A stretch of 64,000 bases of DNA from an uncultured Gemmataceae bacterium (GTDB lineage: Bacteria; Planctomycetota; Planctomycetia; Gemmatales; Gemmataceae): NCBI GenBank assembly GCA_963750165.1, contig CAVVPN010000003.1, positions 2,400,001 through 2,464,000 on the forward strand, given 5' to 3'. Positions 1 through 8,484 of the stretch are shown here, piece by piece (the first letter of the stretch is position 1; each line of letters starts with the position of its first letter). A program made the translations under genes and the position numbers. The notes under the pieces are model-generated. The model made no database searches and had not been told where the DNA came from. It worked only from the letters and a program-made list of their open reading frames with translations.

Positions 1-1335
1 CTGGAGTTCACCGCGGACACGGCGCGGGTGCGGTTGGTCGGCCCCGTCAACAGCCTGCTCCGCAGTCCGCGCGCGACCGCGGTCGAGCTGCTCGTCCACC
101 GCGACACCGAGGCGAACGCGGCGGTCCTCGAGGTGCAGGGGCGGCGCGTCGTGCTGCAGGCCGGCGACTGGAGCCGGTGGGTCAAGCTCGACTTCGAGAT
201 CACCACCCCGACGCCGATTCCCGCGCGGCACGTCAGCGGCATTTGTCGCTTCTTCCTGAAGCGCGTCCGCGACAACTTCCAGCTGTTCGTCTCACCGATC
301 AACATCGACCCGAGCAACCCCGCGGTGCCGATCTCCGAGCCGGGCTCGTTCGTGCAGGACCTGTCGAACGACCTCGGCCTGTTCTACACCACCGGCTTCC
401 AGGAAGACTTCAAGGCACGCTACAACGACGTGTTCTCGGACGACGAGTACGCCCGTCAGGCGAACCTGGTGCTGGAGGCGCGCCTGGAAATGTTCAACCA
501 CGCCGTCAACAACTACGACGACGGCCTGCTGTTCTTCTACTTCTCCAGCAGCGACCTGCAGTCGCACATGTTCTGGTGGAACGGCAGCGAGTCGCAACCG
601 CGCCGCGAGGACGGCGTGGTGCGGCAAAACTTCGAGCGCGTGATGGGGCTGTACCAACGGCTGGACGCGGTGGTCGGCGACCTGCTGGGCCGCTACGGCA
701 GTCAGGCGACCATCATCGTGATGAGCGATCACGGCTTCGCCAACTTCGGCCGGCAGTTCCACCTCAACACCTGGCTGCGCGAGGAGGGCTTCATTCAGCC
801 GCAGGGGTGCCGCTCCATCATCGGCGAGAGCATTGAATGGGGGGCCACCACCGCGTACGGGCTGGGGCTCAACGGGTTGTATTTGAACCTGAAGGGGCGC
901 GAGCCCGACGGCTTCGTTGAGCCCGCGAAGGTGAATGAGGTGCTGACGGACCTGAAGGACCGGCTTGAGCGGGTCACGGACCGGGACCGGGATGACGCGC
1001 CGGTGATCCGCACCGTCTACCGTGCGAACGAGATTTACACCGGCAGCGCGAAGGCGCTGGCGCCGGATTTGGTGATCGGCTATCACCGCGGCTATCGGGC
1101 GTCCTGGGAGACCTGCCTGGGCAACCTGCTGGAGCCCGGCGAGCCCGGGATTTCGGACAACGACAAGGCGTGGGCCGCCGACCACTGCGCCGACGCCCTG
1201 GAGGTGCCGGGCGTGTTGTTCTGCAACCGGCCGATCCGCGGCCGGCCGTCGCTGGTGGACGTGGCGCCGTCGATCCTCGCGGAGTTCGGGTTGGCGACGC
1301 CGGCGTCGATGGTGGGGCGGAGCATCTTTTCCTGA
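1..1335 (+). CDS. Alkaline-phosphatase-superfamily type I phosphodiesterase / nucleotide pyrophosphatase (5'-partial)
   Basis: Frame open from window start; motifs D-LQSH, IIVMSDHGF, YLNLKGREPDG, APDL, WAADH, SLVDVAPSIL typical of the family. Confidence 0.8.
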   Translation: MEFTADTARVRLVGPVNSLLRSPRATAVELLVHRDTEANAAVLEVQGRRVVLQAGDWSRWVKLDFEITTPTPIPARHVSGICRFFLKRVRDNFQLFVSPINIDPSNPAVPISEPGSFVQDLSNDLGLFYTTGFQEDFKARYNDVFSDDEYARQANLVLEARLEMFNHAVNNYDDGLLFFYFSSSDLQSHMFWWNGSESQPRREDGVVRQNFERVMGLYQRLDAVVGDLLGRYGSQATIIVMSDHGFANFGRQFHLNTWLREEGFIQPQGCRSIIGESIEWGATTAYGLGLNGLYLNLKGREPDGFVEPAKVNEVLTDLKDRLERVTDRDRDDAPVIRTVYRANEIYTGSAKALAPDLVIGYHRGYRASWETCLGNLLEPGEPGISDNDKAWAADHCADALEVPGVLFCNRPIRGRPSLVDVAPSILAEFGLATPASMVGRSIFS

Positions 1336-1368
1336 ATCCGAGCCCGAGCGAATGAAGGGACGAAGAAC

Positions 1369-1554
1369 GTGGAAAAAATCAAGATCGACGCCGCCCTGCT
1401 GGAGCGGGCGCAGCGCGCCGCCGTCGCCGCAGGTTACAGCAGCGTGGAGGAGTTCGTCGCCCACTGCGTCGAGCAGGGCATTCAGAAACTCCAGCTCGAC
1501 GAGGCGGAAACGCGCGTGGCGGACCAGCTGCGCGGCCTGGGGTACATCGAGTGA
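1369..1554 (+). CDS. Small CopG/ribbon-helix-helix-like protein with a QLRGLGYIE tail
   Basis: 61 aa, GTG start; pattern KIKID..LLERA...A...GYSSVEEFV; abuts the next gene. Confidence 0.55.
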   Translation: MEKIKIDAALLERAQRAAVAAGYSSVEEFVAHCVEQGIQKLQLDEAETRVADQLRGLGYIE

Positions 1555-2396
1555 TGAACGCGCTCGCACAGATCGTTGTCTGGCTGAACGGCGTGGCCGG
1601 GGCGCTCGGCGCGCTGCTGCTGGCGCCCATCGGTCTGTTGCCGGGCTGGCTGTCCGCGACGCTCGTGGCGGTCGTGACCGGTGTGCTGCTGCTGGTCATC
1701 TTCAAGCACACCTCCAACCAGCGGGCGATCAAGCGGGTGCGCGACGACATCAAGGCCCACCTGCTGGCGCTGAAACTGTTCAAGGACAACCTGCGCGTCA
1801 CCTTCCAGGCGCAGGGCGGTCTGCTGTCCGGCGCCGGCCGGCTGTTCCTGCTGGCGATTGTGCCAATGCTGGTCATGGCGGTGCCGGTGACGCTGCTGCT
1901 GGGCCAGCTGGCCCTGTGGTATCAGGTGCGGCCGCTGCGCGTCAACGAGGAAGCGGTCATCACCCTGAAGCTGAACGGCACTGACGCCGACCCCTGGCCC
2001 GACGTGCGCCTGGCGACGAACGACGCCGTCAAGGTGATGGTCGGGCCGGTGCGGGTCAAGAGTCAGCGCGAAATCTGCTGGGACATCAAGGCCCGCAAGC
2101 GGGGACAGCATCGCCTGGTGGTGCTGGTCGATGGCCAGCGCATCGAAAAGGAACTGGCGGTCGGCGACGGCTTCATGCGCGTCAGCGCGAAGCGGCCGGG
2201 CTGGGACGCGGCCGAGGCGCTGCTGCACCCGGGGGAGCCGCCGTTCGGCCCGGATTCGCCCGTGCAGTCCATTGAGATCGACTATCCGGAGCGGTCCTCG
2301 TGGGTGTACGGCAGCAATTCCTGGGTGATTTACTGGTTCGTGGTCTCCCTGGTGGCGGCCCTGGGCTTCCGCCGGTGGCTGGGCGTCAACGTTTGA
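1551..2396 (+). CDS. Membrane protein, DUF106/EMC3-TMCO1-like N-terminus
   Basis: TM helices, KHTSNQRAIKRVRDDIK coiled segment, C-terminal WVIYWFVVSL helix; coupled to the upstream gene. Confidence 0.55.
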   Translation: MMNALAQIVVWLNGVAGALGALLLAPIGLLPGWLSATLVAVVTGVLLLVIFKHTSNQRAIKRVRDDIKAHLLALKLFKDNLRVTFQAQGGLLSGAGRLFLLAIVPMLVMAVPVTLLLGQLALWYQVRPLRVNEEAVITLKLNGTDADPWPDVRLATNDAVKVMVGPVRVKSQREICWDIKARKRGQHRLVVLVDGQRIEKELAVGDGFMRVSAKRPGWDAAEALLHPGEPPFGPDSPVQSIEIDYPERSSWVYGSNSWVIYWFVVSLVAALGFRRWLGVNV

Positions 2397-2405
2397 CCGG
2401 CCCCA

Positions 2406-2451
2406 CCCGAGCCCGAGCGCCAGCGCGGGGCAGCGCTGGCGCTCGGGCTCG
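2406..2451. repeat. REP-like palindrome (ccgagcccgagcgccagcgc ... gcgctggcgctcgggctcgg)
   Basis: Intergenic inverted repeat; related copy at ~45213-45273 and a half copy at ~1338. Confidence 0.7.
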
Positions 2452-2488
2452 GACTCACAACCATGCTCCCTTCTCCGAGAGGCAACAC

Positions 2489-3070
2489 ATGTGTACCGAG
2501 GTCATCATCGTTTCGGGCTTGCCCCGTTCCGGCACGTCGCTCATGATGCAGATGCTGGAGCACGGCGGCGTCGCGGTCCTCACGGACGGCATCCGCACCG
2601 CGGACACGGACAACCCCCGCGGCTACTACGAATTTGAGCGGGTCAAGAAGGTCAAGACGGACACCGACTGGCTGTCGGCGGCCCGCGGCAAGGCGGTCAA
2701 GATGGTGTCGCAGTTGCTGTACGACCTGCCAGCGACCGAGACGTATCGCATCCTCTTCATGGACCGCGACCTGGACGAGGTGCTGACCTCGCAGGAAAAG
2801 ATGCTGGCCCGGCTGGGCCGCAGCGCCGCGCCGCGCGAGGAGATGAAACGGGCCTATACACTACACCTGGAGCGGCTGCACCGCTGGCTGCCGGCGCAGA
2901 AGCACCTGGCCGTCCTCGGCGTCAGCTACAATGACCTCCTGGGCCAGCCGCGCGACCAGGCGGAGCGCGTGGCCGCCTTCCTCGACAGCGCGGCGGACGT
3001 GGAGAAGATGGTGCAGACGGTGGACCCGTCCCTCTATCGCAATCGCAAAGTCGCCGCCAACCCCGCGTGA
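2489..3070 (+). CDS. Sulfotransferase-family protein
   Basis: ATG at 2489 after GAGG; PAPS-binding loop IIVSGLPRSGTSLMMQML, NPRGYYE, RDLDEVLTSQ. Confidence 0.85.
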   Translation: MCTEVIIVSGLPRSGTSLMMQMLEHGGVAVLTDGIRTADTDNPRGYYEFERVKKVKTDTDWLSAARGKAVKMVSQLLYDLPATETYRILFMDRDLDEVLTSQEKMLARLGRSAAPREEMKRAYTLHLERLHRWLPAQKHLAVLGVSYNDLLGQPRDQAERVAAFLDSAADVEKMVQTVDPSLYRNRKVAANPA

Positions 3071-3097
3071 CGGCGGGCCCTTTCGCCGCACGGTTTC

Positions 3098-4945
3098 ATG
3101 CCGCAGCAGCTGTCCCTGACCACTGGCACGAACGGTACGCCGCTCCCGGGCGTCGCGGGCTGGCTGTGCCGCTACGTCCCGGCCCTGGACGCGCTGCGCG
3201 GCTACTCGCGGTCGGCGCTGCGCAGCGACCTGACGGCGGGGCTGACCGTGGCCGCCATCGCGGTGCCGCAGGCGATGGCCTACGCCAGTCTGGCGGGGCT
3301 GCCGCCGCAGTACGGCCTGTACACGGCCATTGTCATGACCGCCGTCGGGGCGTTGCTCGACTCGTCGCGGCTGCTCATCAACGGCCCGGTCAACGCCATC
3401 TCCATTGCCCTGCTCAGCGCCCTGGCCGTGGTGCCCGCCGCGGAGCGCGTGCAGGCCGCCGTGCTGCTGGCGTTCCTGGTCGGGACGATGCAACTGGGCA
3501 TCGCCCTGTGCCGCCTGGGCGATCTGACGCGCTATGTCTCACACAGCGTCATCGTCGGCTTCACCGTCGGCGCGGGCACGCTGCTGGTGCTCAACCAGCT
3601 GCGGCCGTTGCTCGGCCTGCAAGCGCGCGGCGGCCCCGAAGACCATTTCCTGATGCGCTTCTGGATGTCGCTGACGGAAAGCGGCGGCGTCCACGTGCCG
3701 ACCTGTTTGATTGGCGTTGGCACGATGGTCCTGGTGGCGGCGCTGCGGCAGTTCAACGGCCTGATGCGCCGCCGCGGCGCCCGCTTCCCGATCCCGCAAC
3801 ACCTGGTGGCACTGATCCTGATGTCGGTGCTGGTCTGGGCCGGCGAGCTGGACGAGCGCTTCGGCGTGCGCATCGTCGGCGCCATCCCCGCGGCGCTGCC
3901 GGGCTTCCGGCTGCCGGACCTGCGCTGGGAGCAGGTGCGGCTGCTGGCCGGCAGCGCTTTCGCCATCGCCATGCTCGGCCTGCTGGAAGCGCTGGCGATG
4001 GCCAAATCCATTGCGCACCGCACCGGCCAGCTGCTCGACGTCAATCAGCAGTGCCTGAGCGAAGGTGCGGCCAACCTGGCGGGCAGTTTCTTCCAGTGTT
4101 TTCCCGGGTCGGGCTCGCTGACGCGCTCGGCGGTCAACCAGCAGGCGGGGGCGGTCAGTCAGTGGTCGGGGGTGTTCGCGGCGATCACGGTCGCCGGCAC
4201 GGTGCTGTTGTTCGCGCCGCTGGCCCGATACATCCCGCGGGCGGCGCTGGCAGGCCTGCTGCTGCTGGCCGCGTTTCGCATGGTGGACTTCAAGCAACTC
4301 GTCTTCCACCTGCGCGCAACGCGCTTCGACGCCGGCCTGGTGATCGCCACGGCCGTGGCCGCCGTCGCGATCTCGGTGGAGTTCTGCATCGTCATCGGCG
4401 TCTTTCTGTCGTTCGCGCTGCACATGTCGCGGGCCGCGCCGGTGCGGGTCACGCCGCTGGCCGCGACTGCGGCGGACGGCGTTGTGGAGCGGACGGCCGC
4501 GGCGCCGGTGTGTGACCGGCTGCTCATTTACCGCCTGGAGGGGGAGGTGTTCTTCGGGGCCGAGCCCGAGTTGAAGCGGCACTTCGCCGCCATCGCTCAG
4601 GCCGCTCGCGGCTCCGTCCGTGCGGTCATCCTGATGCTGGAGGGGGCGCGAAACCCGGACGCCGCCTTCCTGAACGTGCTCGGGATGCTGGGCGACAACC
4701 TGCGGCAGCGGGACGTGGCCCTGCTGCTGTGCGGCGTCGGGCCGGAGCTGGGCCTGGCGCTGGCGCGTACCGGCCTCGAAGGCCAGATTGGTGAACAGCG
4801 CATTTTCTACGACCGGCCGACCCACGAGGTCAGCCGGCGCAACGCCGTGTTGTCCGCGTATCAGTTGCTCGGCGGCGGCCTGTGTCCGGTCTGCCCGCGG
4901 CGGCCGGGGCACGACACGCAGCCGGCGTATGATTACGACATTTGA
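3098..4945 (+). CDS. SulP (SLC26) inorganic anion/sulfate permease with STAS domain
   Basis: DLTAGLTVAAIAVPQAMAYA, GLYTAIV, GSGSLTRSAVN, STAS-like LEGEVFFGA. Confidence 0.92.
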   Translation: MPQQLSLTTGTNGTPLPGVAGWLCRYVPALDALRGYSRSALRSDLTAGLTVAAIAVPQAMAYASLAGLPPQYGLYTAIVMTAVGALLDSSRLLINGPVNAISIALLSALAVVPAAERVQAAVLLAFLVGTMQLGIALCRLGDLTRYVSHSVIVGFTVGAGTLLVLNQLRPLLGLQARGGPEDHFLMRFWMSLTESGGVHVPTCLIGVGTMVLVAALRQFNGLMRRRGARFPIPQHLVALILMSVLVWAGELDERFGVRIVGAIPAALPGFRLPDLRWEQVRLLAGSAFAIAMLGLLEALAMAKSIAHRTGQLLDVNQQCLSEGAANLAGSFFQCFPGSGSLTRSAVNQQAGAVSQWSGVFAAITVAGTVLLFAPLARYIPRAALAGLLLLAAFRMVDFKQLVFHLRATRFDAGLVIATAVAAVAISVEFCIVIGVFLSFALHMSRAAPVRVTPLAATAADGVVERTAAAPVCDRLLIYRLEGEVFFGAEPELKRHFAAIAQAARGSVRAVILMLEGARNPDAAFLNVLGMLGDNLRQRDVALLLCGVGPELGLALARTGLEGQIGEQRIFYDRPTHEVSRRNAVLSAYQLLGGGLCPVCPRRPGHDTQPAYDYDI

Positions 4946-5134
4946 ATTCCCAGGCTCACCGAGCAGGAAATTCAGCAAGTCAAGTCAAATCGCGACCTAT
5001 ATTTCTGTGGGCCGATCAACGCGACGGCACCGCAGCAGCACCTATCGTTGATCCGTATCTCGACGAGGGGCGGCCGCGTTCGACCGCCACCCTGCCGCTG
5101 ACGGTGCCTTCGTCACTCAAGAAAGGTGGCACTG

Positions 5135-5863
5135 ATGAGCGAATCGCACCGCGACCCCATTCCGTCGTCTCCTCGTCTGGCAACCTCTCACGGCGGCACG
5201 AGGGCGCTGTCCCGACTGGGCTGCTGCCTGTTCGTGGGCACCCTGCTCACCGCGCTGATCGGAACCGCCGCCGCGCCGGCGCATTTCCAGCAAGGCAAGG
5301 ATGACGAGAAAAAGGTGAAGCGCAAGCCCACCTACAACCTCATGCCCATCATCGATCCCGTGCGCGACGCCGTCCGTGGCAAATGGGAGGTGACCAAAAA
5401 CGGCCTCCGTTGCGATACGCAACACTTCGTGCCGCGCATCCAGGTGCGGTACGAGCCGCCGGCGGAGTACGATTTTATTATCAAATTCTCGCAACCGAAG
5501 TTGCGTCATGCCGTCGCGGCCATCCTGCCCAACCCCCGCGGCGGCTCCTTCGTCTGGAAAGTCGGCGTCCAGAATGGCAACAACTTTGAACTCATGTCCA
5601 ACCCCACCCAGATCGTGAAATCCCCCGGGCTTATCAAGATCAACACGGTCCACACGACCGTTGTGCAGGTCCGCCGCAACTATGTCCGCTGTCTGCTCGA
5701 CGGCAAGGAACTCCTCAAGCGGCAGACCGATTTCAAGGATCTGACCTGTGACAGCTGGCACAAGATGAAGGACACCAGTTTGCTGGCTGTGGCCTGTGAC
5801 GACCCCACGGTGTTCCACGCGATCTGGATTACCGAGGTCACCGGATCGGGCAAAAAACGCTGA
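5135..5863 (+). CDS. Hypothetical secreted beta-rich protein
   Basis: Hydrophobic signal then K-rich linker; beta-sandwich-like composition; host-like codon usage. Confidence 0.65.
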   Translation: MSESHRDPIPSSPRLATSHGGTRALSRLGCCLFVGTLLTALIGTAAAPAHFQQGKDDEKKVKRKPTYNLMPIIDPVRDAVRGKWEVTKNGLRCDTQHFVPRIQVRYEPPAEYDFIIKFSQPKLRHAVAAILPNPRGGSFVWKVGVQNGNNFELMSNPTQIVKSPGLIKINTVHTTVVQVRRNYVRCLLDGKELLKRQTDFKDLTCDSWHKMKDTSLLAVACDDPTVFHAIWITEVTGSGKKR

Positions 5864-5960
5864 CCGTCGCGGAGCGCTCCCTGAGCTGGTTAGCGCGGTT
5901 CGCAGGCGGAGCGCGCACGGGTGGGGCGACGGGCACGGCTTGACCACCAGCGGCCTGCAC

Positions 5961-6117
5961 TGCCACAGCAAGGGGGCCAAGGGGGCCAAGGGGGCCAGCT
6001 TTTTCATACGTCGAGAGTTGGCAACCTGGCTCCGTGGGGGTGGCACGGCGCGACAACCACCGGCGGCGGTTGCCACAGCAAGGACGCCAAGAACGCCAAC
6101 TTTTTCATACGTCGAGA
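5961..6117. repeat. Two imperfect direct repeats (tgccacagcaagg...gcca.ctttttcatacgtcgaga) with internal 9-bp tandem units
   Basis: Copies at 5961-6016 and 6071-6117. Confidence 0.75.
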
Positions 6118-6194
6118 TGCGGCGCCTGAGAGCGCTGGCCTGCCGTTCGTGGTCCTTGCGACGGCAAACTGCTCCAGGGCCCACCCCGTTTTCC

Positions 6195-6244
6195 CCGCGC
6201 TGAAGGGGCACAACCGCGTTCGTGGTTGTGCCCCTTCAGCGCGG
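6195..6244. repeat. REP-like palindrome ccgcgctgaaggggcacaacc / ggttgtgccccttcagcgcgg
   Basis: 21-bp perfect arms. Confidence 0.8.
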
Positions 6245-6279
6245 AACAGCAGCAGAGGTTGGGGCCCTGGCTCAGAGGG

Positions 6280-6331
6280 AAAAGGGGACGCGGACATTTA
6301 TCGGGGAGGAAATATGTCCGCGTCCCCTTTT
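6280..6331. repeat. REP-like palindrome aaaaggggacgcggacat / atgtccgcgtcccctttt
   Basis: 18-bp perfect arms; near-identical left arm recurs at 18464-18485. Confidence 0.8.
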
Positions 6332-6401
6332 GATCCCCTCTTTTGTTCCCTTTATGTTTAGCATTTGTTAACTTTTCTCTCCGCACCCAGGCGGTTTTTT
6401 C

Positions 6402-6430
6402 TTGACACCTGCTGTGCAGGCCGGTAACCT
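6402..6430 (+). promoter_or_regulatory. Sigma70-type promoter, candidate cassette promoter Pc
   Basis: TTGACA-N17-TAACCT pointing into the cassette array. Confidence 0.65.
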
Positions 6431-6594
6431 TGCGAAAAATGCCCTGGCGGGGGAGCGTGCGCCCCGAGCAGATCCAGCGAAGATGGTCGTGATAAGAACG
6501 TCGGTTATTACCGCGTTATCAGGCACCGGCGGCGGATTCCGGCGGATTCACCGGCTGATTTTGGCGGATTCGCCCCTGGGTGCGTCCAGCAATG

Positions 6595-6649
6595 CCTGTT
6601 ATTATCACGTTATATGGCGCAGCGGGCGCCATATAATCACATGTTCGGC
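6595..6649 (+). other. Putative attI site (start of first cassette)
   Basis: GTTCGGC at 6643-6649 with no GCCGAAC partner, preceded by AT-rich sequence and an 11-bp palindrome; followed by a cassette ORF. Confidence 0.5.
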
Positions 6650-6681
6650 GGTTGACCCATTCCACCCTGAGGGTTCTCTTC

Positions 6682-7344
6682 ATGTTCATCACTCGTCTCC
6701 TATTGAGTCCGGTCACGCTGATCATGGTTGCCGCAACTCCGATCACTGCACAGGACAAGAAAGGCCCCTCGGGCGCGGAACGGGCGCAGTTCCGCCCGAA
6801 AGGGTTCACCGGGAAACTAACGCAGTACGATCTGGAGATGGTGTTTCAGGAAAACAAGAAGAAGGCGGCGGCAGCCAAGGCCCACAACTTTTCGAGTTTC
6901 CTGGTCAAGGAGTTCAGCGAACGCTATTATCCGAAGGCGGAATTCCAGTGGCACCAGGCTGGAGGCAGGCACAATGTCGGGATTCGCAAGAAGGACGAGA
7001 ACACGGTCCAGGAGATCTTTCTCAGTTGGACGAGCCTGAGCGATGGACTGGAATGGGGGTTCTTCAACGGCGAACTCGAACGCACGACGAAAGCCGATCG
7101 GTTCGCGATCATCACGGATGCCGAGGTCGCGAAGAAAATCAAGAAAAGCCTGCTCGACCGGAAGTTGATTGACGATCCGAAAGACGCAACGGATGTGTTC
7201 AGCTACAGGACGAGATCCTTCAGCACCGGACAGAAAACTTCAGGTTTGACGTTCCCAGCCAAGGACCTTGGAGAAACCAAATATGGCGTCTCCGTCGGAG
7301 ACAAGGTTTATTTCTTCACGGCTCAAGGCGAGGAAACGAAGTAG
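6682..7344 (+). CDS. Cassette 1: hypothetical secreted protein
   Basis: ATG 6682, signal-like N-terminus, lower GC, followed by attC. Confidence 0.75.
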   Translation: MFITRLLLSPVTLIMVAATPITAQDKKGPSGAERAQFRPKGFTGKLTQYDLEMVFQENKKKAAAAKAHNFSSFLVKEFSERYYPKAEFQWHQAGGRHNVGIRKKDENTVQEIFLSWTSLSDGLEWGFFNGELERTTKADRFAIITDAEVAKKIKKSLLDRKLIDDPKDATDVFSYRTRSFSTGQKTSGLTFPAKDLGETKYGVSVGDKVYFFTAQGEETK

Positions 7345-7410
7345 CCGTTCGCGGTCATCAAGAGAATAAGAGAAAAGGGGTCAGGTTGGCGGGAAAAACA
7401 AGAAAACCGG

Positions 7411-7500
7411 CCCGAACCAGGTGTTGCACGTGACGGGCAATCTAAGGTCAATCTGAAAACAATAAGTCGAGCGGCCCGCTCGTGAACTTTGTTGTTCGGC
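7411..7500 (+). other. attC site 1
   Basis: CCCGAAC...GTTCGGC ends; inner arms ttgcacgtgacggg / cccgctcgtgaa with extrahelical-type bulges. Confidence 0.75.
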
Positions 7501-7524
7501 GACAGGCTCAAACGGGGGCCGAAA

Positions 7525-8109
7525 ATGCGAGTGCTTTTGCTTTCCATGTTCGTTATAGCTCTGCTCGCCCAATCAAATGCCATCGGTGGCGATGCCCCCA
7601 TTCCGCCCAAATCCTACACACAGACGTCTGCCGATGGCAAGTATGTGTTCGTGATGCTCGCTCCTAAGAAGTTCCGCGGCACGAACGATCCACGTTATCC
7701 CAAGAGCGGCCTATACAAGAACGATGGATCCAAGGAGCCACTGTGGACGGTTGACTGGTATTGTCGCGATGTGCTTGTCTCAACCAACGGCGATCACGTC
7801 GTGAGGATTGAGCGTGACTTGTTTACCGAGGCAGCGCTTGATGATCCGTTACGGCAAGAAGATCTCAAGCGAGTCGTCGTGGCAACCTACTGGCGTGGCA
7901 AACCCCTAACAGAGCAGACTCTCGGCAGCCTGGTCGCTCGTCCGGAACTTATTCGCCGGAAGTCAGGACCTGGAGCCTCAAAGCGCGTGATCTGGCTAGT
8001 TGGCGAGTCAAAGCTGTTGGAAAAGGAGCGCCGCTTTGAAATACCGACAGGTGATGGTCGTGTCGTCGTCTTGGATCTTGGCACCGGAAAAATAATCAAG
8101 AGGAATTGA
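7525..8109 (+). CDS. Cassette 2: hypothetical secreted protein
   Basis: Signal peptide MRVLLLSMFVIALLA; YPKSGLYKNDGSKEPLWTVDWY segment. Confidence 0.75.
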   Translation: MRVLLLSMFVIALLAQSNAIGGDAPIPPKSYTQTSADGKYVFVMLAPKKFRGTNDPRYPKSGLYKNDGSKEPLWTVDWYCRDVLVSTNGDHVVRIERDLFTEAALDDPLRQEDLKRVVVATYWRGKPLTEQTLGSLVARPELIRRKSGPGASKRVIWLVGESKLLEKERRFEIPTGDGRVVVLDLGTGKIIKRN

Positions 8110-8310
8110 AATAGGCGACGACTACGTAGGCCGCCGGGAAAAATCAAAGGGGTCGGGAGTCGATTCCGGAAAACATCAGAGCCGAACCAGAGTGCTGCTG
8201 CGGACGGGCCATCTGAGTCTACTCGGACACCTTAAGTCGAGTGGCCCGCCGCAGAGTTCTCCATGAAACCAATTTCCCCCTGATCGATGAAAAGGAGGCG
8301 AGCTAGGATA

Positions 8311-8484
8311 GAGGGCGTCTGGGGACGTGCTGTGGTCGTGACTTAGCTGGTGCATCGTGCCCGACGCAGAGTTGGACCCGGACGCCGCGAGGCACCCTGA
8401 TTTGGGCGCAGCGCCCATATGCCCGTGTGGGAGACTCCACCACCGCCGGCGTCTGCATGCTCCCTGGGCGTCTGGAGAACTCCG
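8311..8484 (+). ncRNA. Putative IS110 bridge RNA
   Basis: Non-coding left end with stems (ggcgtctggg/cccggacgcc; tgggcgc/gcgccca) and four short segments matching target and donor half-sites; exact ends uncertain. Confidence 0.55.
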
